Below are positions 48,691 to 58,063 of a stretch of DNA of 64,000 nt, one piece after another (position 1 is the first letter of the stretch; the number at the start of each line of letters is the position of its first letter). A program made the position numbers and the translations under genes. The notes beneath the pieces are model-generated. The model worked only from the letters and a program-made list of their open reading frames with translations, did not search any database and was not told where the DNA came from. Source of the DNA: Bacteroidota bacterium. GTDB taxonomy: Bacteria; Bacteroidota; Bacteroidia; Chitinophagales; Chitinophagaceae. The stretch is taken from assembly GCA_018266775.1 (NCBI GenBank), contig JAFDZS010000003.1, positions 1 through 64,000 of the forward strand, written 5' to 3'.

Positions 48691-48852
48691 CACCAAATTT
48701 ATTCTCTTATTTCTTTTATTCTTTTATTCTTTTATCCAACTCCTGTTTTCTTACACCACTTAACTGTTGTAATCATACGCATGAGGCATAAGCATATCAA
48801 AATTTCAAAATTGGTTCGCAGTCATTCCCTTATTTTTGTGCAAATCTTTTTT

Positions 48853-49317
48853 ATGAGTTATTTTCTTCCAATCCATAACATTTTAAGATGGGCCATTTTA
48901 CTCTTCGGTGCATGGACGGTGTTGAACGCCATCACCGGTGTACTGGGTAAAAGAAATTACACTGCATCTGATAACAGGGCCAACCTGTTGTTCATGATTT
49001 TTTTCGATGTGCAATTGCTGGTTGGCCTGGTGCTTTATTTTTATAACCCCTGGTTTGAACAAATGAAAAGTGACTTCAGCGCTGCAATGAAAATTCCGAT
49101 GTTCCGTTTTTTTGGAATGGAGCATACCGTGATGATGATCATTGCCTGGCTGCTGGTGCATGTGGGCCGCAGTTCAGTTAAAAAAGCCGGAACAGATGCG
49201 GCTAAACATAAACGCAGCCTTATTTTCTTTGGCATTGCTTTGCTGATCATTTTGATGATGATTCCCTGGCCAGGAAGAGAAGCAGGTATCGGCAGGCCTT
49301 TATTCCCCCATACGTAA
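48853..49317 (+). CDS. Hypothetical 4-TM membrane protein
   Basis: Hydrophobic segments. Start chosen at MSYFLPIHN. I recognise no family. Confidence 0.4.
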   Translation: MSYFLPIHNILRWAILLFGAWTVLNAITGVLGKRNYTASDNRANLLFMIFFDVQLLVGLVLYFYNPWFEQMKSDFSAAMKIPMFRFFGMEHTVMMIIAWLLVHVGRSSVKKAGTDAAKHKRSLIFFGIALLIILMMIPWPGREAGIGRPLFPHT

Positions 49318-49394
49318 ATTTTATTGCCTGCTCTTGATGCAGGAACATGCATCGTAATAATAATAATCTTGCTTCATTAATTTGTATTGTTTTA

Positions 49395-50180
49395 ATGGCT
49401 GCCAATAAAAAAAAGAAACCGGTTATTTTAATTACCAATGATGATGGCATTACCGCACCCGGTATTAAAAACCTGGTGGAAGCAGTAAAGGAACTGGGCC
49501 AGGTGGTGGTGGTTGCGCCTGATAAACCTCAAAGCGGTATGGGTCACGCGGTAACCATTGGCCAGCCGCTGCGGATGAATAAGGTTGATATTTTTGATGG
49601 TGTTGAAGCCTGGCAAACCAGCGGCACACCGGTTGACTGTGTTAAGCTGGCTGTTGATAAAGTGTTGCACCGCAAACCTGATCTCTGCCTCAGCGGCATC
49701 AACCACGGCGCCAACCACAGCATCAATGTTATTTACAGTGGTACCATGAGTGCGGCGATGGAAGCCAGCATCGAAAGCATACCCAGCATTGGCTTTTCAT
49801 TACTTGATTTTAATATTGAAGCCGATTTTACTGCTGCACGTTTTTTTGTGCACCAGATCGTAAGTTCATTGCTTGCCACTACAATGGATAAACATCTTTT
49901 ATTGAACGTAAATATTCCTGCAGTGCCTAAACAGTTGATCAAAGGGATTAAAATCTGCAGGCAGGCTTATGCCAAATACGAAGAAGATTTTGACGAACGT
50001 AAAGATCCGAATGGAAAAAAATATTACTGGCTTACCGGTAAGTTCATCAACTTCGATAAAGCAAAAGATACCGATGTTTGGGCATTGGCCAATAATTATG
50101 TAAGCGTGGTGCCTGTACAGTTCGATCTTACCAATTATACCTTAAAACAACAATTAAAAAAATCGAAACTCTTCCGGTAA
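49395..50180 (+). CDS. surE: 5'/3'-nucleotidase SurE
   Basis: ILITNDDGITAPGIKNLVEAVKELGQVVVVAPDKPQSGMGHAVT is the canonical SurE N-terminus. Start set at the internal Met. Confidence 0.85.
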   Translation: MAANKKKKPVILITNDDGITAPGIKNLVEAVKELGQVVVVAPDKPQSGMGHAVTIGQPLRMNKVDIFDGVEAWQTSGTPVDCVKLAVDKVLHRKPDLCLSGINHGANHSINVIYSGTMSAAMEASIESIPSIGFSLLDFNIEADFTAARFFVHQIVSSLLATTMDKHLLLNVNIPAVPKQLIKGIKICRQAYAKYEEDFDERKDPNGKKYYWLTGKFINFDKAKDTDVWALANNYVSVVPVQFDLTNYTLKQQLKKSKLFR

Positions 50181-50488
50181 TGTTCAAATTTTTTAAACAG
50201 GATAAATTTATTTTTGGTTTTATTATGGGGCTGATTGCCCCTGTTGGCGGCTTCGTTATTTATAAATACACCAAACTATCTGCATTTACTTTTAAGGAAA
50301 CTTTTCAGTACCTCCTTGTTGAACCGGGCCATAACCTACTCACTGTTGCCATCAGCCTTTCATTAATGGCCAACGCTGTTTTGTTTACGGTTTACATCAA
50401 TTCCAGGATTGATAAAACGGCCAAAGGTATTTTCATTGCCACACTTATTTATGGCCTTACTGCATTGAGTTTAAAAACTTTTGGATAA
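50180..50488 (+). CDS. Small hypothetical 3-TM membrane protein, start overlaps the surE stop (TAATG)
   Basis: 102 aa, three hydrophobic helices. Translational coupling with surE supports it being real. Confidence 0.4.
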   Translation: MFKFFKQDKFIFGFIMGLIAPVGGFVIYKYTKLSAFTFKETFQYLLVEPGHNLLTVAISLSLMANAVLFTVYINSRIDKTAKGIFIATLIYGLTALSLKTFG

Positions 50489-50494
50489 CTGCTT

Positions 50495-53400
50495 TTAAGT
50501 TGCCTGCACAACGGGCAACTCAACAAAGAAGATGGTGCCGTTGCCTGCACTGGTTTCAAACCATATTTCGCCCTGCGCCTGCTCCACTATGCCTTTGCAC
50601 ATTGCCAGCCCCAAACCCGTTCCGGATGTTTTGGTGGTAAAGTTAGGTGTGAAAATTTTGGAGCGCATATTTTCCGGTATGCCCATTCCATTGTCTTTAA
50701 CCTTAACCAATATCTTATCTCCTTTCAGTTCCTCATCTACTTCAATCACCGGTGTTTTCCCCTCTGGTACGGCCTGTATGGCATTTTGAATTAAGTTGGT
50801 AAACAGGCGGTTCACGTGCGTACGGTCCGCATTGATCATTACCGGGTTGGGTAAAGGCGCACAGTCAAGATGTACATTTTCGTGTGTGCTGTATAGTTGT
50901 GTTACCAGGTACAGCACTTCATGTATATCAAATACCTCGTTGCGGGGATTGCCAATGTTGGCAAACTGGCTGAATTCACCTGCAATCTGGCTCAGGTGAT
51001 TGATTTGCTCCACCAGCGTTTGAGATACGCTGTTGGTGAGTTCCCTAACATTATCTGAATTATTGGCAATTGCTTTTTGCAGGTATTGCAGGCTCAGCTT
51101 CATAGGTGTAAGCGGATTTTTTATTTCATGTGCCACCTGGCGGGCCATTTCCCGCCATGCTCCTTCCCGCTCACTTTTGGCAAGGGCATTAGCACTGTCG
51201 TCCAGCTTGGCCACCATCTTATTATATTCTTTCACCAGTTCACCTATTTCATCATTGCGCTTCCAGTCTATTGCTTCATTCATTTTACCCAGGTTCACTT
51301 CTTTCATTTTATCGCTGATGAAAGAGAAAGACTGTGTAATACGGTTGGTGATGAATAAAGCCACAATACCGGCTATCAAAAAGATAAATGCATTCAGGTT
51401 AATGATAGTGACCAGGAAGTTGGCGATTTCAAGTTTTAATTTACTTTCTGATGTATAGTAAGGAATATTAAGGTAGGCATATTCTTTCCCGGTTTCATCT
51501 ATCACCGGCACATAATTACTTACAAAACTGAGTGAGCCGATCTTTTCTTCTTTAAAATATTGCACTTCTTTCAGTTTGTTGATATGATAATATGCAGTGG
51601 GATCCATTTGTGTACTCACAATTCCAATATTGTAAGGATAGGGCAATGATGATACTTTCAGGTTCCCGTCCAGGTCGTAGAGATTGATATCTGCCACATG
51701 TATTTCAGCTATTTTCTTGATGGTTTGCTCCAGTTTTTCTTTGAAGCCGGGATCGTAAATTTTGACTACATCATCAAATACCGATAATTCTGACAATGAA
51801 TTCCGGACTTCATTTTCCATCACATGTATAGTACGGCTTAACCGTTCCCGGTTACTGTTTTCTGAGCGCCGTATAAAAAATAAATACGTGGCCACCCCAA
51901 TGACCACAAAAGATAAAATACTGATGAAGATTACGGTGCCGTGAATCTGGTTACGGATACTGAGCTGCCAGTACGTTTTCATCCTGTCCTTATCTAACCT
52001 TGACCGGATGAACATATTGATCAACCAGAAAATACCGGTTACCAATAAAAACGCACAGAATAAATAAGAGAACAATGTCATAGACTCCAGCAAAAAATTA
52101 TCCTGCTTGGCAATGATCACCACATTGCCGGGCCCGGCTTTATACCACAATTCATCATATCCTTTTTTACTCTGTATCTCAAATTCTTCTTTAGGCACCT
52201 GCGATTTGGCCAGGCGGGTGGAAAAGGCATAATCATTATGGCTGCTTACCAATTGCAGGTTGGCATACACCGCAAAGGCATACACAGATGAGTTTTCAAT
52301 GGCGTAATTATTTCCCCTCGAAAACAGTTCAGGGTACGGTGTTTCAGTTTTAAACCGTTTTGATCCCGCCAAAATAAAAACATAGCCCAGTAATTTTCCC
52401 GCTGTATCAGTCACCGTTTTTTTACTGATATAACTGAAACGGTCATACGATTCATCATAATAATACAAATCTGGAATACCGGTTATCCTGGCCTGTGTGC
52501 TCAGGATGGTGTTGAGTTCGTTAAAGCCTGAAGAATCCCTGTTGTATAAGGGCTTTTCGTTGGCGTCAAATGTATAAATGCGGGTGTCGTACTTATCGTT
52601 ATAACCGGTAAAGTTTCCATTCACCAGGCTGTCTTTAAATACCTGGTTGGTGGAGTCATTTTTAAATTTATCAAAATTGGCAGCCAGCGCATCGCTCCTG
52701 AAATCTGTGAGCAATGTATTCATCAATGTTTCGCTGGTAGGATCGGCCTTGGTGGATAACGCTTCTGCATAATGCCTCCTGTTGCGCATTTCTTTAATCG
52801 TATTCTCCTCTACTATCACCGCCATAATTGTCAATGAAAAAAAGAACAACCAGAACACCAGCCTTGTTGATGAAATACCCGATGCCAGCAAAGCCAGGTA
52901 ATTGTTACTGAGCAACACTAAAAAAAGTAACAGCCATATCAGCAGATATAATTCAAACGCCACAATGGTTAAGTTAAACCCAATGGTAAGCATGGTTAAA
53001 CCTAAAACAGCAACGGCTATATAAAGCGGTACAAAGTTTTCAGGAAACAACGGACGCAGCAGGTACAGTAATATCTGCCCCAGTACAAAATACCCAATGG
53101 CAATGCAGCATAATACAATAAAACCAATGATACTATAACTGTTGAGTGTATAGAAATTAATAACATCGAAAGATATTTGCGAATCGGCCACCATGCTGCG
53201 CAGGATGTGGCCACAAATAAAAGTGGCTGTTAAAAAAATAAGCGCCACCACTATCAGCATGCCCCATTTTACCATTGGCGCACTGGAACTGATGGCGTAT
53301 TTTTTTTCGTACAGGTGATGGCGTATAAAAAGTATCACCCATACAAACAGTACAGCATTAATCAGTAAGTCGCCCAGCGATCTTAAAATAATTGATGACC

Positions 53401-54250
53401 CATAAATAGCGGGATCGAACAGTTCAAACTGGCGCAGGTTCAATGGTATGGGAAAATAATAGCTCAATACCCGCAGTACCAGTAATATACCCAGCAAAAA
53501 TGCAACGGCCTTCCACAACCTGTTGTGCATAGCAATAAATACTGCACACAAATGCAGGAACAGGAAAATAATAATGGTTGCGGATATGCGCAGCCAGATG
53601 GAAACAGTATTATTTTTGGCAATTACTGAACCAGGTTTTTTGTCCAGGAAGAACAGTGTTTTCCCGTTCAGGCATTTAACTCTTGCTGCACCCGCTTCAA
53701 GGGATATGTCGTAATTATTCTCAATATCCTCTCCAATTACAAAACTATTTTTAAGGTATTCATTGGTAATTACATAATTCCATTTTACAGGTATCAACGC
53801 TATGGCAAGGCCTTTAGATGTAAATGCCTTATGCCATACGTAATATCCATTCTGCAATTGCACAAAGCCTGATGTATCTGTATTATTGTTCAGTAATTCA
53901 TCACTGGGTTTTACGGCCTGCGTATTCCAGAATACCGGTACCAGCAGCGCATTTTCGTTGAAGTGATAGAGATAAAAGAAATATTTTTTTTCGGTTTGCT
54001 GCTGCAACAGCTTTTCATCATAATTTTTTGAAACCAGTTTACCCAGTAATAAAGTATCTTTTGTTAGCTGTTCGAAATCTTTCTGCTGGTTATGGATATA
54101 ATTTTCCAGCTTTCTTTTTACAGCGTCAGAAGATGAATTATCGCTCCAGTAATTATCAATGATAAATGAAATAGTGATCAGCCAGCCTGCTGTAACCAGC
54201 AGGTAGCTGTTTTTGTAAATGAAACGTAATAAGGTGTCTTTTTTTTGCAA
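50495..54250 (-). CDS. Large multi-TM sensor histidine kinase (HisKA + HATPase_c), with no receiver domain and no adjacent response regulator
   Basis: H-box MARQVAHEIKNPLTPMKLSLQYL. N/G1/G2 boxes (IQNAIQA...DNGMGIP...TSGTGLGLAMCKGIV). The N-terminal ~900 aa hold two extracytoplasmic regions and ~10 TM helices. Confidence 0.85.
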   Translation of the reverse strand: MQKKDTLLRFIYKNSYLLVTAGWLITISFIIDNYWSDNSSSDAVKRKLENYIHNQQKDFEQLTKDTLLLGKLVSKNYDEKLLQQQTEKKYFFYLYHFNENALLVPVFWNTQAVKPSDELLNNNTDTSGFVQLQNGYYVWHKAFTSKGLAIALIPVKWNYVITNEYLKNSFVIGEDIENNYDISLEAGAARVKCLNGKTLFFLDKKPGSVIAKNNTVSIWLRISATIIIFLFLHLCAVFIAMHNRLWKAVAFLLGILLVLRVLSYYFPIPLNLRQFELFDPAIYGSSIILRSLGDLLINAVLFVWVILFIRHHLYEKKYAISSSAPMVKWGMLIVVALIFLTATFICGHILRSMVADSQISFDVINFYTLNSYSIIGFIVLCCIAIGYFVLGQILLYLLRPLFPENFVPLYIAVAVLGLTMLTIGFNLTIVAFELYLLIWLLLFLVLLSNNYLALLASGISSTRLVFWLFFFSLTIMAVIVEENTIKEMRNRRHYAEALSTKADPTSETLMNTLLTDFRSDALAANFDKFKNDSTNQVFKDSLVNGNFTGYNDKYDTRIYTFDANEKPLYNRDSSGFNELNTILSTQARITGIPDLYYYDESYDRFSYISKKTVTDTAGKLLGYVFILAGSKRFKTETPYPELFSRGNNYAIENSSVYAFAVYANLQLVSSHNDYAFSTRLAKSQVPKEEFEIQSKKGYDELWYKAGPGNVVIIAKQDNFLLESMTLFSYLFCAFLLVTGIFWLINMFIRSRLDKDRMKTYWQLSIRNQIHGTVIFISILSFVVIGVATYLFFIRRSENSNRERLSRTIHVMENEVRNSLSELSVFDDVVKIYDPGFKEKLEQTIKKIAEIHVADINLYDLDGNLKVSSLPYPYNIGIVSTQMDPTAYYHINKLKEVQYFKEEKIGSLSFVSNYVPVIDETGKEYAYLNIPYYTSESKLKLEIANFLVTIINLNAFIFLIAGIVALFITNRITQSFSFISDKMKEVNLGKMNEAIDWKRNDEIGELVKEYNKMVAKLDDSANALAKSEREGAWREMARQVAHEIKNPLTPMKLSLQYLQKAIANNSDNVRELTNSVSQTLVEQINHLSQIAGEFSQFANIGNPRNEVFDIHEVLYLVTQLYSTHENVHLDCAPLPNPVMINADRTHVNRLFTNLIQNAIQAVPEGKTPVIEVDEELKGDKILVKVKDNGMGIPENMRSKIFTPNFTTKTSGTGLGLAMCKGIVEQAQGEIWFETSAGNGTIFFVELPVVQAT

Positions 54251-54257
54251 GAAGCGA

Positions 54258-55034
54258 TTAACTGGTTAAGTGTTTTACGCGGTTCCAGATGGCATCCATT
54301 TCTGCAAGACTCATGTCGTGCAGTTGCTTACCTTCCTTTAACGCTTCGGCTTCCATTTTAGTGAACCGGCTGATGAATTTTTTGTTTGTTCTTTCCAAAG
54401 CGTTCTCCGCATCTACCTGCAAAAACCTTGCAAAATTTATCAAAGAGAAAAAAACATCGCCTAATTCGTCCTCCATTTTATCGGTATCGCCCATTTTTAC
54501 GGCTTCCAGCAGTTCCCGGTGTTCTTCTTCCACTTTTTCCCAAACCTGTTCCCGGTTGTCCCATTCAAAGCCTATCTGTTTGGCTTTTTCCTGCAGGCGC
54601 ATGGCTTTTACAGTTGCCGGCAGCGATGAAGGCACACCGCTGAGCACCGATGATTTCCCCTTACCTTCTTTCAGCTTCAATTTTTCCCAATTACGTTTTA
54701 CTTCTTCCTCATCGGCCACTTTTACTTCGCCGTAAATATGCGGATGTCGGTAAATCAGCTTTTCGCAAATGCCATTCAGCACTTCCTCCAAAGTAAACTG
54801 CTGTTGCTCTGCACCAATTTTTGCATAAAATACAAGGTGCAGAAAAAGATCTCCCAGTTCTTCTTTAATACCGTTCCAGTTGGTATCGGTTATGGAATCG
54901 GCCAGTTCGTATGTTTCTTCAATCGTGAGCTGGCGTAAAGTATGAATGGTTTGCTTTTTATCCCATGGACATTGTGTTCTCAAGTCGTCCATAATTTTTA
55001 CCAGGCGTAAAAATGCCGCTCCCGTTTTGTCCAT
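54258..55034 (-). CDS. mazG: Nucleoside triphosphate pyrophosphohydrolase MazG
   Basis: Tandem MazG EEXX(E/D) motifs (TIEETYELAD...EELGDLFLHLVFY; second half EEEHRELLEAV...DELGDVFFSLINF). Confidence 0.85.
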   Translation of the reverse strand: MDKTGAAFLRLVKIMDDLRTQCPWDKKQTIHTLRQLTIEETYELADSITDTNWNGIKEELGDLFLHLVFYAKIGAEQQQFTLEEVLNGICEKLIYRHPHIYGEVKVADEEEVKRNWEKLKLKEGKGKSSVLSGVPSSLPATVKAMRLQEKAKQIGFEWDNREQVWEKVEEEHRELLEAVKMGDTDKMEDELGDVFFSLINFARFLQVDAENALERTNKKFISRFTKMEAEALKEGKQLHDMSLAEMDAIWNRVKHLTS

Positions 55035-55039
55035 TGCAG

Positions 55040-56116
55040 TTAAATTTTAAATAACGATAATAAAGTAAAAGCTACAAATAAAACCATAATTATACAGATG
55101 TTGACTGTGTGCAACAACAGGAATTTGAGGATGGTTTTAAACCTGCCCTGCTGGTAAAAAAAACGCATGGCCTTATAATTATAAAAGAAAATACCCAGCA
55201 CCAGCAAAATATTAAGATAACCGAGCCAGCTCCATTGTGTGGCACCTTCAAGTTTATTAACGCCAAAAACACAGAGCAATAAAATAAATACAAACACAAA
55301 GAAATGTATGGTAAATATGGCGTGGTTCACATAGTAATATTGCTTGTGCCTGAAGTAAAGCAGCTTCAGCAGTAATGCAAAAAGCGGCAGTGTTACAAAT
55401 AATAATTGCGGCAGGGAATGCATCAGCGCATTCAATAATGCAGAGAGAATGGCTTTATTATCACCATGATATTTTTGGGTAAGCTGTATGGCATTCCTGG
55501 TCATTGCATGCTCAAACCAGCCCATTTTCTTTCCATGCGCAACAGCACTGTCCAGTTCTGCAACCGTTTTATATTCAGACTTGCCTGTATTCACCTGTAT
55601 GCCGTTGACTGCCGCCTTGGTTACTGTACTGTCTAAGTGTTCAAACAACTGTTGTTTATCGTAAGCAAATGTCCAGGTGGAATCATTTTTTACCAGGCCA
55701 TCAACAAATTTCCGGTAAGTGGCAGAGTCCATCGCTTTAATTTTAGCAATTGGGGTTCCGTTAATATCGCCGGACAATTTCATTTCATGGTTCAGATCGA
55801 AATGGAACAATGAAAAAAATATGAGAAAAAAAATAGCTGAAGCAAAAACATACATACGCACCGGGTTCAGGTAACTGGCTCTTCTGCCAATCATGTATTC
55901 CCGGCTCAGCAAACCCGGTTTTTTGATGAGCAGTTTAACTGAGCTGAAAAACTTTCCATCGAAGTGCGTAATGTCTTCAAAAAAATGAGTGATCAAATGC
56001 CAGGCAGATTCTTTGGGCTCTATATTTTCCTGGCCGCAGATATGGCAATATCTGCCCATTATCTGTGCATTACAATTCAAACAGTTTTTTTCCGTTCTTT
56101 CTTTAAGATGACTCAA
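55040..56116 (-). CDS. DUF3667-type zinc-ribbon membrane protein
   Basis: N-terminal CLNCNAQIMGRYCHICGQ zinc ribbon followed by several TM segments. I assign the family from memory. Confidence 0.6.
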   Translation of the reverse strand: MSHLKERTEKNCLNCNAQIMGRYCHICGQENIEPKESAWHLITHFFEDITHFDGKFFSSVKLLIKKPGLLSREYMIGRRASYLNPVRMYVFASAIFFLIFFSLFHFDLNHEMKLSGDINGTPIAKIKAMDSATYRKFVDGLVKNDSTWTFAYDKQQLFEHLDSTVTKAAVNGIQVNTGKSEYKTVAELDSAVAHGKKMGWFEHAMTRNAIQLTQKYHGDNKAILSALLNALMHSLPQLLFVTLPLFALLLKLLYFRHKQYYYVNHAIFTIHFFVFVFILLLCVFGVNKLEGATQWSWLGYLNILLVLGIFFYNYKAMRFFYQQGRFKTILKFLLLHTVNICIIMVLFVAFTLLSLFKI

Positions 56117-56222
56117 TGAATGATAATTTTGTTAAAAATAATAAAGTTTGCGGGTTTGCCCACTGCCGGTATTATTTATGTTACTAAAAGATGAATTACT
56201 TTTGACACCGAAAACCATCCAT

Positions 56223-57053
56223 ATGTTCAGATATTTTTTTACTGCTGTTCTCTTTTCCTGTTTAACTTCTGCCACATTTGCGCAATATTACTATAAGGAT
56301 ATTGTGAGCAATAAGCAACTGATTGCTGATATGGCAAGGTTAAAAGAACAAAAGATCAAAACTGTTAACCTCAGCAGCTTTGAGGATGATGGCACACCCA
56401 GCGAAGGTTTTTTCTGCCAGAAAAGTATCAATAAAAATTATACTGAAGTAGAAACGAAGAGCCGTACCAATGTTACCGGCGCCAGTTTACTCACCTCTTC
56501 ATTTAACAGCAAAGGGTTGCTGGAAAAATCTGTTGACAGTTCGGACATTGCATCTTCAACATCATTGTATGAATACAACGATAAAAACAATATCACACAT
56601 ATTACTTCCATTGCCCGTTCCAGCGATGATGATTTTAAAAATGAGATCAGGGAGGAACATATTTATGAGTACAACGACAAAGGGGCAGTGTCGAAAATGT
56701 ACCGTGTAAAAAACGGCAGCGATACTACCCTGTTTCTTTTTTCGCAGGATGAAAAAGGAAATGTGGATATTGAAAAGAACACCAAAACCGGCGACACGTA
56801 CTATTATTATTATGATGCAGCCAACAGGCTAACCGATGTTGTCCGGCTAAATCCTTACAACCAGAAAATGCTGCCCGATTATATGTTTGAATACAATAAC
56901 GGCGGCCTCATCACCCAAATGACAACAACTGAAGAAGGTGGCAGTTATTATTTCATCTGGAAATACACGTACGACAATGGCCTGCGCATTAAAGAAAAAT
57001 GTTTCTCCAAAGAAAAGCGATTGATGGGCTCAATAGAATATGAGTATAAGTAG
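56223..57053 (+). CDS. Secreted hypothetical protein with YD-repeat-like motifs
   Basis: Signal peptide MFRYFFTAVLFSCLTSATFAQ. Repeated YEYNDK / YYYDAANRLTDV / FEYNNGGLITQM / YTYDNGLRIKEK motifs resemble Rhs/YD repeats (Y-x-Y-D-x-x-G-R/x-L). Confidence 0.5.
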   Translation: MFRYFFTAVLFSCLTSATFAQYYYKDIVSNKQLIADMARLKEQKIKTVNLSSFEDDGTPSEGFFCQKSINKNYTEVETKSRTNVTGASLLTSSFNSKGLLEKSVDSSDIASSTSLYEYNDKNNITHITSIARSSDDDFKNEIREEHIYEYNDKGAVSKMYRVKNGSDTTLFLFSQDEKGNVDIEKNTKTGDTYYYYYDAANRLTDVVRLNPYNQKMLPDYMFEYNNGGLITQMTTTEEGGSYYFIWKYTYDNGLRIKEKCFSKEKRLMGSIEYEYK

Positions 57054-57056
57054 GGT

Positions 57057-57225
57057 GGTGAATGGTCAATTGTGAATGGTCATTAGTCAATGGTGAAATA
57101 AAGGAACTAATAAACAAATTGACTATTTAACCAATTACCTATTTAACTAATTAACCAATTACCCAATTAACTAATTAACCAATTACCCAATTAACTATTT
57201 AACTATTTAACCAATAACCCGGTTA
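57057..57225. repeat. Two blocks of short tandem repeats in a convergent intergenic region
   Basis: About 14-bp unit GTGAATGGTCAATT x3 (57057-57099). About 24-bp unit CCAATTACCCAATTAACTAATTAA x4 (57131-57225). Confidence 0.55.
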
Positions 57226-58050
57226 ACCAACCACCAACTCCCCCTTCATATAAAATACTGCCTGGCCGCTCATCGTCACTCTTTCATCACTGATTTGTTC
57301 GCACCAGATTTTACCGCCGCGTGGGCTTAGTTGCAACGCAAACATTTTTGAACGGTTGAGTTTTTCACTCCAGTACGGTATCAATTGTGAATGCGCAGAA
57401 CCTGTTACGGGATCTTCTTCAATACCGGCACCGGGTGCAAAAAAGCGGGATACAAAATCTATCGGCTGGCCGGTTGTTGCGTCTACTGCACCATTATCTC
57501 CCACTGCAGTAATGATCATTTTATCAAAATGCTTTTTCATGAGTGTAAAATCAGGTGTACAGTTCTTTACTGCAGTTTGATTTTCCAGTTCCACTAAAAT
57601 ATCGCGGTATCGGTAAACGGTTTTAATACTGTTTACACCCAGTATTTGTTGCAGCAATGCAATATCTGTTTCAAACGGTTTTGGTTTCCAACTGGGGAAA
57701 TCCAGCTCAATAATATCATTATTGCGTTTCACTGTAAGAATACCGCTTTTGCTGCTGAAACGAATTATGTTTTTTTCAACATTCAGCATATTAAACAGCA
57801 CATAAGCACTGGCCAGTGTGGCATGGCCGCAAAGATTGATTTCAATTGCAGGCGTAAACCAGCGGATTTCAAAATCAACTGCATCACTTTTTGATGGCAC
57901 AAAGAATACAGTTTCTGAAAGGTTATTTTCTAATGCCAATTGCTGCATCAGCTCTTCGCTGATCCATTCCTGCAATGGAATTACTGCTGCAGGGTTACCA
58001 CCGAATAAAACATCGGTGAATGCATCAATTTGATACAGTGTTAATGTCAT
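57223..58050 (-). CDS. PhzF-family isomerase
   Basis: LYQIDAFTDVLFGGNPAAVIPLQEW...ETVFF and the catalytic Glu context are typical of the PhzF/DAP-epimerase-like fold. Confidence 0.8.
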   Translation of the reverse strand: MTLTLYQIDAFTDVLFGGNPAAVIPLQEWISEELMQQLALENNLSETVFFVPSKSDAVDFEIRWFTPAIEINLCGHATLASAYVLFNMLNVEKNIIRFSSKSGILTVKRNNDIIELDFPSWKPKPFETDIALLQQILGVNSIKTVYRYRDILVELENQTAVKNCTPDFTLMKKHFDKMIITAVGDNGAVDATTGQPIDFVSRFFAPGAGIEEDPVTGSAHSQLIPYWSEKLNRSKMFALQLSPRGGKIWCEQISDERVTMSGQAVFYMKGELVVG

Positions 58051-58063
58051 GGCTATCGTATTT

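Noticed and set aside
54258-56116. Considered MazG + DUF3667 or the flotillin gene as parts of a phage-defence locus
   Set aside because: There are no adjacent nucleases, ATPases, toxins or other defence hallmarks. Housekeeping MazG and flotillin occur in exactly this kind of context. This is not a defence island.
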